Assembly: GCA_963792415.1 (NCBI GenBank)
Contig: CAWBVY010000001.1
Location: 128,001 to 192,000, forward strand
Length of the DNA stretch: 64,000 bases
Direction: 5' to 3'
Source of the DNA: Candidatus Deferrimicrobiaceae bacterium
GTDB lineage: Bacteria > Desulfobacterota > Deferrimicrobia > Deferrimicrobiales > Deferrimicrobiaceae
Positions 9,305 to 19,706 of the stretch are shown here, one piece after another. A program made the translations under genes and the position numbers. The notes under the pieces are model-generated. The model did no database searches, was not told where the DNA came from, and saw only the letters and a program-made list of their open reading frames with translations. Every line of letters starts with the position of its first letter. The stretch's first letter is position 1.

Positions 9305-10535
9305 GTCCCCCCAGAATGTACAGGTCCGCGACGCCGTCCGCGAACGTTTTCCAGTCAAGGTTCTTTCCCGCGTACGACCGGGCGGAATCCCCGAGACGTT
9401 TTCCCGCGGCCCGATCCCGCAGGAGCCGGACGATCGCGCTTCCCATCGCCTCCGGGGATAGATCCACCAGGACCGCCCGGGTATCGTCGAGCACCGCGCG
9501 GTGCGACGGCGTGTCGGTCGCCACGATCGGCTTTCCGGCGCCCATGTACTCGAAGACCTTGATCCCGATGTTGCCGGTATCGTCGCGGGGCGAGACGAGC
9601 ACATCGGCGATCGCCATGAAGCCGTTGATCTTCGACTTCGGCTGCCTGGGAAGCAGCCTCAGGGCTCCCCGCTCCCGAAGCAGGGCGGCGGATTTCGTTC
9701 GGGAGAAACGGGACGGCGTCTCGTCGCCCACAAGGACGAAGATGGTGCCGGGAACCTCGGCAACGACGACCAGGGCGGCATCGAGAAGCCTTTCCACCCC
9801 CTGGTACGGCTCGAAGTTGCCGGTGTACAACACGACTCCGGAATCCGGATCGATCCCGAGCTCCTTCCGAAGCCGGTCCGTTTCGCCGGCGAGGAGTTCC
9901 CGCCGTATGCCCGGGAAAATCCACTCCCGCACATCGGCGGACGGCTCGATCGACAGGACATGTTTCCGCAGCCCCGCGCTGCATACGACCCGATCCGCCT
10001 TCCGGACCATCCACCGCTCGAAGGAACGCAGCAATCCCTGGAAGACCGCCAAACCGAGGACCGGGTGTGCCTTCAACTGCTCCGGGAGGCTCGACTGCAT
10101 GTCGTAGATCACCGGGAGCTTGTGCCACCGTCGCAGCAGCAGCACCAGAAATGCCGCCTCCTCCAGTGCGTAGGTAAACTCGTACTTTTCCCGGCGGATC
10201 CGCTTTAGAAAGACGGGAAGCAGGGAGAAATCCAGGATCACCTTCCGGAGGGAAAAACCGATCGGCACTTTCCGGATCGGAAGCCAGGCACCTGCCCGGA
10301 AGATGCGAAGTCCCGGCAACGCGATCGGCTCCCCGACGGGAAAGGTGACGAGATCGACCTTGTGGCCCCGCTGGCTCGCGGCCTCCAGGACATTCCTCAG
10401 GGCGATGGGAGTTCCACGGTTTTCGTAGAACGGCTGCGGCGCCACGACGAGAATCCGGTGTGAACGCAGGGGAAAGGGCGATCCGTGTCCAGGCATCGAT
10501 GGTGACTCTTCCATGGCGCCCAATGTAACCTGCAC
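9276..10535 (-). CDS. Glycosyltransferase family 4 (start uncertain; 10514 also possible)
   Basis: YTGNFEPYQG and KVFEYMGAGKPIVATD motifs. Confidence 0.88.
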   Translation of the reverse strand: MQVTLGAMEESPSMPGHGSPFPLRSHRILVVAPQPFYENRGTPIALRNVLEAASQRGHKVDLVTFPVGEPIALPGLRIFRAGAWLPIRKVPIGFSLRKVILDFSLLPVFLKRIRREKYEFTYALEEAAFLVLLLRRWHKLPVIYDMQSSLPEQLKAHPVLGLAVFQGLLRSFERWMVRKADRVVCSAGLRKHVLSIEPSADVREWIFPGIRRELLAGETDRLRKELGIDPDSGVVLYTGNFEPYQGVERLLDAALVVVAEVPGTIFVLVGDETPSRFSRTKSAALLRERGALRLLPRQPKSKINGFMAIADVLVSPRDDTGNIGIKVFEYMGAGKPIVATDTPSHRAVLDDTRAVLVDLSPEAMGSAIVRLLRDRAAGKRLGDSARSYAGKNLDWKTFADGVADLYILGGHENRPERLG

Positions 10536-10730
10536 CCTCTACCGATCTCCCATCTTCCGGGAGCAACTTCCTCCTGGACCCTGTATCCAGTATCGGAAGA
10601 TTCGATCGATGTGTATTCGGCGCATTATACGCGAAAGGAAGGGATTGTTTCGGAGAGGAATCGCTGCGTTGCGACTCGGCCCGCCGGACCCGCTCGCTTC
10701 GCGGGCAGCGAGTGTCGAGGGGAAGGCCGA

Positions 10731-10794
10731 TCTCAGACGGTCACTTTCCCCTGGTGGGTGCCGAAGACGGAGCGCATCACGTCGGAGATCTCGC
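10731..10794. repeat. Direct repeat copy 2 (functional 3' end of the mutase gene)
   Basis: Identical to 697-760. Confidence 0.95.
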
Positions 10795-12412
10795 CGAGCG
10801 TCGCGTAGGCGCGAACGGCGGAGAGGATCGGAACCATGACGTTCTTCTTTCCCCGGCAGGCGGACTCGACGGCGCCCAGGGCGGCGCGGACCGCCGCGCC
10901 GTCCCGCCGCTTCCGGAGGGCCGCGAGGCGCTTGCGCTGTTCCTTTTCGACCCGGGGATCGACCTTGAGGAGGTTGTCGGGCTTCCCTTCCTGAACGACG
11001 AAGTCGTTCACCCCGACGACGACCTGCTCCTTCCGCTCGATCTGCAGCTGGTACCGGTACGCCGCGTCCTGGATCTCCTTCTGGATGTAGCCGGAGTCGA
11101 CGGCCGGAATGACGCCGCCCATCCGGTCGATCCGGGCGATGTACTCCCGCGCCTGCCGCTCGATCCCCGAGGTGAGGGCCTCGACGCACCACGAGCCGCC
11201 GAGCGGATCGATCGTATCCGCGACCCCGCTTTCGTGCGCGATCAGCTGCTGCGTCCGGAGGGCGATGCGCACCGACGCCTCCGTGGGGAGGGACAGCGCC
11301 TCGTCGCGGGAATTCGTGTGCAGCGACTGGGTCCCCCCCAGGACCGCCGAAAGCGCCTGGATCGTCACCCGGACGACGTTGTTGTCGGGCTGCTGCGCCG
11401 TGAGGGACGACCCGGCGGTCTGGGTGTGGAAGCGGAGCATCCAGGAGCGGGGGTCCTTCGCCTTGAACCGGTCCCGCATGATCCCCGCCCACAGCCGCCG
11501 CGCGGCCCGGAACTTCGCGACCTCCTCGAGGAAGTTGTTGTGGGCGTTGAAGAAGAAGGCCAGGCGCGACGCGAAGGAGTCGACCGACATCCCGGCGTCG
11601 ATCGCGGCCTGCACGTAGGCGATCCCGTTCGCGAGGGTGAAGGCGACCTCCTGCGCCGCCGTCGACCCCGCCTCGCGGATGTGGTAGCCGGAGATGCTGA
11701 TCGTGTTCCAGCGGGGGACCGCGTCCTTGCAGAAGGCGAAGATGTCGGTGATGATCCGCATCGAGGGGGCGGGCGGAAAGATGTAGGTCCCGCGGGCGAT
11801 GTACTCCTTCAGGATGTCGTTCTGGATGGTGCCGTTCAGCGCGGCGGCGGCGACCCCCTGCTTCTCGCCGACGGCGATGTACATCGCCAGGAGGATGGCG
11901 GCGGTCGAGTTGATCGTCATCGAGGTGGAGACCTTGCCGAGCGGGATCCGGTCGAACAGGAGCTCCATGTCCTCGAGGGAGTCGATCGCGACGCCGACCT
12001 TCCCGACCTCCCCGAACGACATGGCGGCGTCGGAGTCGTACCCCATCTGGGTCGGAAGATCGAAGGCGACGGACAGCCCCGTCTGGCCGTTGTCCAGCAG
12101 GTACCGGTACCGGCGGTTCGACTCCTTCGCGTCCCCGAAGCCCGCGTACTGCCGCATCGTCCAGAAGCGGCCGCGGAACATCGTCGGCTGGACGCCGCGC
12201 GTGAAGGGGTACTCTCCCGGGAACCCCGCGTCCCGGAGATAATCGAACGACGCGAGGTGCTCCGGCGTGTAGAGGCGGGGGACCTCCTCCCCGGAGGTGC
12301 TCTCGAACCGGGGGCGACGCTCCCGCGACTTCGACATCGCCGGCGCGAGGATGTCGCGCTCCCACCGCTCGCGCGCCTCCCGAAGCCCGCCCTTCCCGTT
12401 CTTCGGCGCCAT
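10733..12412 (-). CDS. Methylmalonyl-CoA mutase, N-terminal (substrate-binding) subunit
   Basis: [35 protein letters not shown]; no B12-binding DxHxxG domain. Confidence 0.93.
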   Translation of the reverse strand: MAPKNGKGGLREARERWERDILAPAMSKSRERRPRFESTSGEEVPRLYTPEHLASFDYLRDAGFPGEYPFTRGVQPTMFRGRFWTMRQYAGFGDAKESNRRYRYLLDNGQTGLSVAFDLPTQMGYDSDAAMSFGEVGKVGVAIDSLEDMELLFDRIPLGKVSTSMTINSTAAILLAMYIAVGEKQGVAAAALNGTIQNDILKEYIARGTYIFPPAPSMRIITDIFAFCKDAVPRWNTISISGYHIREAGSTAAQEVAFTLANGIAYVQAAIDAGMSVDSFASRLAFFFNAHNNFLEEVAKFRAARRLWAGIMRDRFKAKDPRSWMLRFHTQTAGSSLTAQQPDNNVVRVTIQALSAVLGGTQSLHTNSRDEALSLPTEASVRIALRTQQLIAHESGVADTIDPLGGSWCVEALTSGIERQAREYIARIDRMGGVIPAVDSGYIQKEIQDAAYRYQLQIERKEQVVVGVNDFVVQEGKPDNLLKVDPRVEKEQRKRLAALRKRRDGAAVRAALGAVESACRGKKNVMVPILSAVRAYATLGEISDVMRSVFGTHQGKVTV

Positions 12413-12421
12413 CGGGCCCTC

Positions 12422-12925
12422 CTATTCCACCAGGAGCAGCTTCGCCCCGGACTCGACGACCTGGCCTTCCTCCACGAAGATCTCCTTCACCTTCCCCGCG
12501 ATGGCGGACTTCAGCTCGTTCTCCATCTTCATCGCCTCGACGACGATCACTCCCTCCCCGGCCCCGACCTCCTGTCCCTCCTTGGCCAGGAGCTTGACCA
12601 CCTTCCCGGGCATCGGGGAGGTGACCATCGCCTTCCCGGCGGACCCCTTGCCGCCGGCCCGGAGCATCGCCCGGCGCTGCTCGTTCATCAGCGTGAACTT
12701 GTGGCAGTCGCCCTTGATGAGCACCTCGTACTCCTCCGTCGGCAGCTGGGTCACGTCCACCACGAACGACGCGCCCTGGTACAGGATCGACCAGAGCTGG
12801 CCGGCCACCTGGTGGGCGTCCACGACGTGCTCCACCCCGTCGATCGCCACCTTGTAGTTCGCCCCGCCGAGCTCCTCGACGGAGATCCTCACTTCCCGGT
12901 CGCCGACCATCGCCACGTAGCTCAT
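12422..12925 (-). CDS. Biotin carboxyl carrier protein
   Basis: SPMPGKVV and EAMKMENE biotinylation motif. Confidence 0.93.
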   Translation of the reverse strand: MSYVAMVGDREVRISVEELGGANYKVAIDGVEHVVDAHQVAGQLWSILYQGASFVVDVTQLPTEEYEVLIKGDCHKFTLMNEQRRAMLRAGGKGSAGKAMVTSPMPGKVVKLLAKEGQEVGAGEGVIVVEAMKMENELKSAIAGKVKEIFVEEGQVVESGAKLLLVE

Positions 12926-12933
12926 CGCCGCAC

Positions 12934-14445
12934 CTACCCGATCTTCCGGATGCCCGGGCGCGTGGAGTATTTCCACATGGAGACCGGACCGGCCGCCTCC
13001 CCGGGTTGCTGGGCCACCGCGCGCTTCCGCTCGCCGGTGAACACCTGGATCGCCGCCGTGACCAGGGCGACCTCCTCGTTGGCGAGCTCCCGCGCCTCCT
13101 CCTCCTTGAAGAACACGTTGTCGATGAAGTTCGTGTCGAAGTTCCCGGAGATGAAGTGCCGGTTGTTCATCACGCGGATGTGGAAGGGGATGGTGGTTTT
13201 CACCCCGGTGACCACGTACTCGGCGAGGGCGCGCTTCATCCGCGCGATCGCCTCCGTCCGGTCCTTCCCCCACGCCACGAGCTTGGAGATGATCGGGTCG
13301 TAGTAGATGGGGATCTCGAACCCCTCGTACATGCCCGAGTCGTCCCGGACGCCCGGGCCTCCCGGAACGCGGAGCGAGGTGACCACGCCGGGGCACGGCA
13401 TGAAGTTGCGCTCCGGGTCCTCGGCGTAGACGCGGCATTCGATCGCGTGGCCCGTCTGCTTCACGTCGTCCTGGCGGATCGAGAGGATCTCCCCCGCCGC
13501 CACGCGGATCTGCTCCTTCACGATGTCGACCCCGGTCACCATCTCCGTGACCGGGTGCTCCACCTGGAGCCGGGTGTTCATCTCGAGGAAGTAGAAGTTC
13601 CGCTTCGCGTCCACGAGGAACTCGCACGTCCCCGCGCCCTCGTACTTCACCGCCCGGGCCGCCTCGATCGCCACCTTCCCCATCGCGGCCCGCATCTCTG
13701 GGGTGACGATGACGGAGGGGGACTCCTCGACCACCTTCTGGTGGCGCCGCTGGATGGAGCACTCGCGCTCGCACAGGTGGACGTAGTTCCCGTGCTGATC
13801 CCCGAGGAGCTGTATCTCCACGTGCCGCGGGTTCTCGATGTACTTCTCGATGTACACGGAGTCGTCGCTGAAGGCGGATTTCGCCTCCGACTTCGCCATC
13901 CGCAGGGAGGACGAAAGCTCGGACTCCTCCCTCACCAGCCGCATCCCCTTGCCGCCGCCCCCGGCGGTCGCCTTGAGCATCACCGGGAGGCCGATCTCCT
14001 TCGCGACGCGGAGGATCTCCGCCTCCGTGGTGATCGGCTCCACGGTCCCGGGAACGACGGGGACGCCCGCCCCCTGGACCGTCTTCCGGGCGAGCGTCTT
14101 GGAACCCATCGTCCGCATGGCGTGGGCGGAGGGGCCGATCAGCTTGATCTTCTCCTTCTCGCACCGGTCGGCGAACAGCGGGTTCTCCGCGAGGAAGCCG
14201 TACCCGGGGTGGATGGCTTCCGCCCCGGTCCGTTTCGCGACCTCGAAGATCTTGTCGATCACCAGGTACGACTCCCGCGCCGGCGCCGGGCCGATGCAGT
14301 ACGCCTCGTCGGCGTAGCGGGTGTGGAGGGCCTTCCGGTCGACCTCGGAGAAGACCGCCACCGTGCGGATCCCCATCTCCTTGCAGGCGCGGAGCACCCG
14401 GACGGCGATCTCCCCGCGGTTCGCGATCAGGATCTTCCGGAACAC
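12934..14445 (-). CDS. accC: Acyl-CoA carboxylase, biotin carboxylase subunit
   Basis: ILIANRGEIA, HPGYGFLAEN, GGGGKGMR, EMNTRLQVEHPVTE. Confidence 0.93.
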   Translation of the reverse strand: MFRKILIANRGEIAVRVLRACKEMGIRTVAVFSEVDRKALHTRYADEAYCIGPAPARESYLVIDKIFEVAKRTGAEAIHPGYGFLAENPLFADRCEKEKIKLIGPSAHAMRTMGSKTLARKTVQGAGVPVVPGTVEPITTEAEILRVAKEIGLPVMLKATAGGGGKGMRLVREESELSSSLRMAKSEAKSAFSDDSVYIEKYIENPRHVEIQLLGDQHGNYVHLCERECSIQRRHQKVVEESPSVIVTPEMRAAMGKVAIEAARAVKYEGAGTCEFLVDAKRNFYFLEMNTRLQVEHPVTEMVTGVDIVKEQIRVAAGEILSIRQDDVKQTGHAIECRVYAEDPERNFMPCPGVVTSLRVPGGPGVRDDSGMYEGFEIPIYYDPIISKLVAWGKDRTEAIARMKRALAEYVVTGVKTTIPFHIRVMNNRHFISGNFDTNFIDNVFFKEEEARELANEEVALVTAAIQVFTGERKRAVAQQPGEAAGPVSMWKYSTRPGIRKIG

Positions 14446-14455
14446 GTGGCGCCTC

Positions 14456-16000
14456 CTACAGGGGGATGTTGCCGTGCTTGCGCGGCGGGTTCGTGTCGCG
14501 CTTGTTCTTCAGCATCTCGAACGCCTTGATGACCTTCGGCCGGGTCTCCGAGGGCATGATGACCTCGTCGATGTACCCGAGCTCGGCCGCCTTGTACGGC
14601 GAGGCGAAGCGCTCCCGGTAGTCGGCCACCAGCTCGGACTTGGTCGCCTCCGGGTTGTCGGATTTGACGAGCTCCTTCCGGAAGATGATGTTCACCGCCC
14701 CGTCGGGGCCCATCACGGCGATCTCGGCGGTCGGGAAGGCGAAGTTGACGTCCGCCCGGATGTGCTTCGAGGACATGACGTCGTACGCCCCGCCGTACGC
14801 CTTGCGGGTGATGACCGTCACCTTGGGGACGGTCGCTTCCGCGAAGGCGTACAGGAGCTTCGCCCCGTGCTTGATGATCCCGCCGTACTCCTGGGTCGTC
14901 CCCGGGAGGAAGCCCGGCACGTCGACGAAGGTCAGCAGCGGGATGTTGAAGGCGTCGCAGAAGCGGACGAAGCGCGCCCCCTTGATCGAGGAGTTGATGT
15001 CGAGGCAGCCGGCGAGGATCGCGGGCTGGTTCGCCACGACGCCGACGGACCGCCCGTTCATCCGCGCGAACCCGATGACGATGTTTCTCGCGTAGTGCTC
15101 CTGGATCTCGAAGAAGTCCCCGTCGTCCGCGATCTTCCGGACCACGTCCCGGATGTCGTACGGCTTCGTCGGGATGTCGGGGACCACCTGGTTCAGGCTC
15201 TCGTCCGTGCGGTCCGGGGAGTCCTTCGGCGTCACGGCGGGGGGGTCTTCCATGTTGTTCTGCGGGACGAAGGAGAGCAGCTCCCGGATGAGGTAGAGGC
15301 ACTCCTTCTCGTCCTCGGCCGCGAAGTGGGCCACGCCGCTGCGCTCGTTGTGGGCCATCGCCCCGCCGAGGTTCTCCTTGGTGACCTCCTCGTGGGTGAC
15401 CGTCTTGATGACGTCCGGTCCCGTCACGAACATGTAGGAGGTGTTCTTGACCATCAGGATGAAGTCGGTGATCGCGGGGGAGTAGACGGCGCCGCCGGCG
15501 CACGGCCCCATGATCGCGGAGATCTGGGGGACGACCCCCGAGCTGAGGGTGTTCCGCAGGAAGATGTCGGCGTATCCGGCGAGGCTCTGGACCCCCTCCT
15601 GGATGCGCGCGCCGCCGGAGTCGTTCAGGCCGACGACCGGGGCCCCGTTGCGGACCGCGTGGTCCATGATCTTGCAGATCTTCTCCGCGTACGCCTCCGA
15701 GAGGGAGCCGCCGTACACGGTGAAGTCTTGCGCGAAGAGGTAGACGAGCCGCCCGTTCACCTTCCCGTACCCGGTGATCACGCCGTCCCCGAGGAACTTT
15801 TCCATCTCGAAGTCGGCGCAGCGGTGCTGGACGAAGCGGTCCATCTCGACGAAGGTGTTCGGGTCGAGGAGAAGCTCGACGCGTTCCCGCGCGGTCAGCT
15901 TCCCCTGCGCGTGCTGGGTCTCGATCCGCTTCCTGCCGCCCCCTTCCATCGCGGTGGCGTTTCTCTTCCGCAACACCTCGAACTTCTCTTCGAGCGACAT
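14456..16000 (-). CDS. pccB: Propionyl-CoA carboxylase, carboxyltransferase beta subunit
   Basis: [37 protein letters not shown]. Confidence 0.93.
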   Translation of the reverse strand: MSLEEKFEVLRKRNATAMEGGGRKRIETQHAQGKLTARERVELLLDPNTFVEMDRFVQHRCADFEMEKFLGDGVITGYGKVNGRLVYLFAQDFTVYGGSLSEAYAEKICKIMDHAVRNGAPVVGLNDSGGARIQEGVQSLAGYADIFLRNTLSSGVVPQISAIMGPCAGGAVYSPAITDFILMVKNTSYMFVTGPDVIKTVTHEEVTKENLGGAMAHNERSGVAHFAAEDEKECLYLIRELLSFVPQNNMEDPPAVTPKDSPDRTDESLNQVVPDIPTKPYDIRDVVRKIADDGDFFEIQEHYARNIVIGFARMNGRSVGVVANQPAILAGCLDINSSIKGARFVRFCDAFNIPLLTFVDVPGFLPGTTQEYGGIIKHGAKLLYAFAEATVPKVTVITRKAYGGAYDVMSSKHIRADVNFAFPTAEIAVMGPDGAVNIIFRKELVKSDNPEATKSELVADYRERFASPYKAAELGYIDEVIMPSETRPKVIKAFEMLKNKRDTNPPRKHGNIPL

Positions 16001-16040
16001 CGCTCTCCTCCTGGGCGGCACGTCCGTTTCGTGATGGTGT

Positions 16041-16070
16041 TTTATATCATCCGGAAACGCCGGGTGTCAA
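16041..16070 (-). promoter_or_regulatory. Sigma-70-type promoter for the pcc/mutase operon
   Basis: TTGACA (16070-16065), 18-nt spacer, TGnTATAAA extended -10. Confidence 0.55.
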
Positions 16071-17356
16071 CGAATCCCGGGGTTTCCGTCCTTCCGGAAC
16101 AAGGCCTGGTGGACCAGTTCGGCGACGTGGACCACGCGAAGGGCGGGGTCGGTCCGCGCGGCCATGTCCCGCATCTGGAGGACGCACCCCGAGCAGGCGG
16201 TGGAGATCACCTTCGTCCCGCCGCGCGCCGCGACCGTCACCTTGTTCTCCCCGATCCGCGAGGAGGTCGGGTAGTCGCGCACGTTGAACGTCCCGCCGTA
16301 GCCGCAGCACAGGTCGGCGCCCGCCATGTCGGCGAACGCCGGGCCGACGGCCCGCGACAGCACCTCCCTGGCCTCGGGACCCTTCCCCAGCGTCCCCGAC
16401 AGGTGGCACGGGTCGTGGTACCCGATCTCGCCGACCTTCTGCCCCGGCGGCGGGTCCGGGATCCGGTCGAGAACCCCCGAGGAGAGCAGGAAGCTCGCGT
16501 AGTCCACCGCGCGCTCCGCGACGAAAACCGCGTCGTCGTGCCCGGGGGCTCCCTTCGGGATCAGGGAAAGCACGTTCCGCTTGAACATGAGGAGGCAGGA
16601 CCCGCAGGGGAAGACGATCGCCCCGGGATCCGCGGCCCGCAGGCGGCGCACGTTCGCCTCCGCGGACGAAGCGGCGGACCGGCGGTCCCCGGACACCATG
16701 GCGGGGAGGCCGCAGCACGCAGCGTCACGGAAGACCGCCACGGATCTCCCCGACGCCTTGACGGTCTCGTAGGCGGCGCGCCCCACTTCGGGGAAGACGT
16801 GGTCGAAGACGCAGCCGACGAAGAGCATCACCTCGCCGGTGGCCGCCTCCGCCTTCCCGAGGGACTCGAGAAATCCCTTCGCGGGCAACTTCGGGACGGT
16901 CCGCCCTTCCCCCCCGAGCCCATCGGGAAAACGGTAGTGCAGGCCGCTCGCCGTGGGGATCTTCCCGGGCAGCAGCCGCTGTCCCGCGGCGGCCGCCTTC
17001 CGGGCGATTCCCGTCGCCGCCGGAGATGTCATCACCTTCCCGAAGAGGACGCTCTTCCAGGCGGGGATCCCGACCTCCTCCGCGAGGTCGGCCCGCCCTT
17101 TCATCACGATCTCCTCGACCAGCACCTGGTTGGGGCACGCCCGCTCGCACCGCCCGCACAGGAGGCAGTCGGTCAGGGCCTCCTGCACCGCCTCCGCGTC
17201 GCCATCCTCCCCGCCCATCGCCGCCTCGATCAGGGCGATCTTCCCGCGGGCGACCGCGATCTCCGCCTTCCGCTCCGGGTAGAGGGTGCACACCGTCCTG
17301 CAGGTGCCGCACTTCGCGCACAGGCCGGCCAACGCCTTGAGGTCCGGATCGTTCAT
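16067..17356 (-). CDS. glcF: GlcF-like Fe-S oxidoreductase subunit
   Basis: Two ferredoxin-type Cys motifs (CAKCGTCRTVC, CLLCGRCERACP) and two CCG domains. Confidence 0.8.
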   Translation of the reverse strand: MNDPDLKALAGLCAKCGTCRTVCTLYPERKAEIAVARGKIALIEAAMGGEDGDAEAVQEALTDCLLCGRCERACPNQVLVEEIVMKGRADLAEEVGIPAWKSVLFGKVMTSPAATGIARKAAAAGQRLLPGKIPTASGLHYRFPDGLGGEGRTVPKLPAKGFLESLGKAEAATGEVMLFVGCVFDHVFPEVGRAAYETVKASGRSVAVFRDAACCGLPAMVSGDRRSAASSAEANVRRLRAADPGAIVFPCGSCLLMFKRNVLSLIPKGAPGHDDAVFVAERAVDYASFLLSSGVLDRIPDPPPGQKVGEIGYHDPCHLSGTLGKGPEAREVLSRAVGPAFADMAGADLCCGYGGTFNVRDYPTSSRIGENKVTVAARGGTKVISTACSGCVLQMRDMAARTDPALRVVHVAELVHQALFRKDGNPGIR

Positions 17357-18744
17357 CCGCGCACCGCGGATTCCTCGAGGAAGATCTTCCCCGGGTTGAG
17401 GATCCCGTTGGGGTCGAAGCACTCCTTGAGCCGTTTCATCACCGCGACGCCGAGCGGGCCGACCTCCATCTCCAGGAACGGCGCCTTGGAGATCCCCACC
17501 CCGTGCTCTCCCGAGATCGTCCCCCCCATCTCGACGGTCTTCCGGAAAACCTCCTCTACCGCCTCCTCCGCGCGCCGCGTCTCGTCCGCGTCCGTGCCCG
17601 AGATCATGATGTTCACGTGGATGTTGCCGTCCCCCGCGTGGCCGAAGTTCACGATCCGCACGTTCCTCCGGTCGGAGAGCTCGGCGAGGAAGTCGAACAT
17701 GTCGGCGAGGCGGCTCCGCGGGACGACGATGTCCTCGTTGAGCTTGACCGCCCCGAGCTGGAGCAGGGTCGGGGAGATCGAGCGGCGCAACTTCCAGAGC
17801 TCGTCCCTCCCCTGCGCGTCGGAAGCCCGCCGGACTTCGATGGCCCCGTGGGCGCGGCACACCTGCGTGAGGAGGTCCGCCTCCCGCGCGACCTGGCCCT
17901 CCGGCCCGTCGACCTCCAGCAGCAGGGCGCTCCCGGTTCCCTCGGGGAGCGGGACGGGCATCAGCGCCTGCACGCAGTCGATGGCGGTGCGGTCCATCAG
18001 CTCCATCGCGGAGGGGGTCACCCGCGCCGCGACGATGGCGTTGACGGCCTCGGCGGACCGGCGGTTCCCGGGGAACAGCGCCAGCAGCGTCGCCGCCGCC
18101 TCGGGCAGCGGTATGAGCCGGAGCGTCGCCCGCGTGACGATCCCGAGGGTCCCCTCGGACCCCACGAGCATCCGGGTGAGGTCGTACCCGACCACCCCTT
18201 TCACCGTGGCGACGCCGGTGCGGACGAGTTCCCCGGTTCCCAGAACCGCCTCGAGGCCGAGGACGTAGTCGCGCGTGACGCCGTACTTCACCGCGCACAT
18301 TCCCCCCGCGCACTCGGCGATGTTGCCCCCGAGGGTGCTGAATTTCAGCGACGCCGGGTCCGGCGGATAGAAGAGCCCGTGCTTCCTCGCCTCCAGCTTG
18401 AGCGTCTCCGTCACCACCCCCGGCTCGACGACGGCGTACAGGTTCCCGGCGTCGATCGAAACGATCCGGTCCATCCGCTCCGTGGAGAGGACGACCCCGC
18501 CCCGGACCGGCAGCGAACCGCCGGAGAGACCGGAGCCCGCGCCCCGCGGGACGACCGGAAACCTGTGCAGGTTCGCGAGGAGGACGGTCTGCCGGACCTC
18601 TTCGGCGGTTACCGGGTAGACGACGGCGTCGGGAAGGAACTTCTTCCGGGTGGCGTCGAACGAGTAGCAGATGCGCGTCTCGAGGGAGGTCCGCAGGCGG
18701 TCGCCGAACAGATCCCCCAGCGCGGAAAGGGCTTCAGCGTTCAT
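17353..18744 (-). CDS. glcD: FAD-linked glycolate/D-lactate oxidase subunit
   Basis: PRGAGSGLSGG, YPPDPAS, GHAGDGNIH, ISGEHGVG. Confidence 0.85.
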   Translation of the reverse strand: MNAEALSALGDLFGDRLRTSLETRICYSFDATRKKFLPDAVVYPVTAEEVRQTVLLANLHRFPVVPRGAGSGLSGGSLPVRGGVVLSTERMDRIVSIDAGNLYAVVEPGVVTETLKLEARKHGLFYPPDPASLKFSTLGGNIAECAGGMCAVKYGVTRDYVLGLEAVLGTGELVRTGVATVKGVVGYDLTRMLVGSEGTLGIVTRATLRLIPLPEAAATLLALFPGNRRSAEAVNAIVAARVTPSAMELMDRTAIDCVQALMPVPLPEGTGSALLLEVDGPEGQVAREADLLTQVCRAHGAIEVRRASDAQGRDELWKLRRSISPTLLQLGAVKLNEDIVVPRSRLADMFDFLAELSDRRNVRIVNFGHAGDGNIHVNIMISGTDADETRRAEEAVEEVFRKTVEMGGTISGEHGVGISKAPFLEMEVGPLGVAVMKRLKECFDPNGILNPGKIFLEESAVRG

Positions 18745-18804
18745 CAGGAAAGTTTACCACACGCCCAACGAGCACCCGCGGTAACGCCGCTACTCCGCGG
18801 GGGG

Positions 18805-19572
18805 CTACCCCTCGAGGGAGTGGACGAAGGAGGCGATGACCGCGTTGACCTCGGCCGCCTTCTCCAGCATCGCGAGGTGGCCGGCGTCGTGGATGATCTT
18901 GAGCACCGCGCCGGGGATGTTGACGGCGAGGTACTCCCCGTACTTCAGCGGCGTGAGGCGGTCGTCGTCGCCGTTGATCACGAGCGTGGGGACCCGGATC
19001 CCGCCCAGGCGATCCATCACGTCGAACCCGTTGCACGCGTGGAAATCGGCGAGGAAGGTCGCGGGCCGGGTGGAGAGAATGTCGCTGGCGACGTCTTCGC
19101 GAAGCAGGTCGGACGATGCGGCCGACGTCATCCAGCCGACGAACTCGGGCGCGAACTCCTGGAAGCGCTCGCCCATCCCCTCGAAGATCACCGGGCTGAT
19201 CCGGAGCCGCGCGCCGGTGCCGATGAGGACGAGGGCCTCCAGCCCCCTGATTCCGCTCAGGGCGGCCTGGAGGGCGATCGCCCCGCCCATCGAGTGCCCG
19301 GCGAGGAGGAACCGGTCGAGGCCGATCTCCTTCACGAAGTCGGCGACCCACGCGGCGCAGGCGTCCACGCTCTCCAGGGGGGGGCCTCCGCTGCGGCCGT
19401 GCCCGGGAAGATCGGGGATCACGAGCCGCGCCACCCCCTTCAGCCCCGCCCACTGGTCCCGGAACGTGTGGTGGGAGCCCCCGGACCCGTGGAGGAAGAC
19501 GATCGCCCGGCGGCTCGCCTTCAAGCTGTCCTGGAACTGGACGACCTGGCCCTGGACGGTGGTTTCCGGCAT
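18805..19572 (-). CDS. Alpha/beta hydrolase
   Basis: FLHGSGG, DLPGHG, nucleophile GHSMGG, catalytic His in AGH. Confidence 0.9.
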   Translation of the reverse strand: MPETTVQGQVVQFQDSLKASRRAIVFLHGSGGSHHTFRDQWAGLKGVARLVIPDLPGHGRSGGPPLESVDACAAWVADFVKEIGLDRFLLAGHSMGGAIALQAALSGIRGLEALVLIGTGARLRISPVIFEGMGERFQEFAPEFVGWMTSAASSDLLREDVASDILSTRPATFLADFHACNGFDVMDRLGGIRVPTLVINGDDDRLTPLKYGEYLAVNIPGAVLKIIHDAGHLAMLEKAAEVNAVIASFVHSLEG

Positions 19573-19706
19573 CTTTCCCCCCGTGGAGATCGGTACCCCA
19601 AGTATATCGAAATCGCCGGACCGGTTTGCGCTAAGATTTCCCTTGAGCGGTGTACCGCCTCTCAGGTAAGAAGGGGCGACGCGACAACCCGGGGAGAAGA
19701 CACCAG

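Noticed and set aside
14321-18268. 1315-aa + strand ORF and many other long overlapping ORFs (e.g. 10712-13303, 21758-24550, 39756-42356)
   Set aside because: Antisense or alternate-frame shadows of well-supported genes, expected in high-GC DNA; no motifs.
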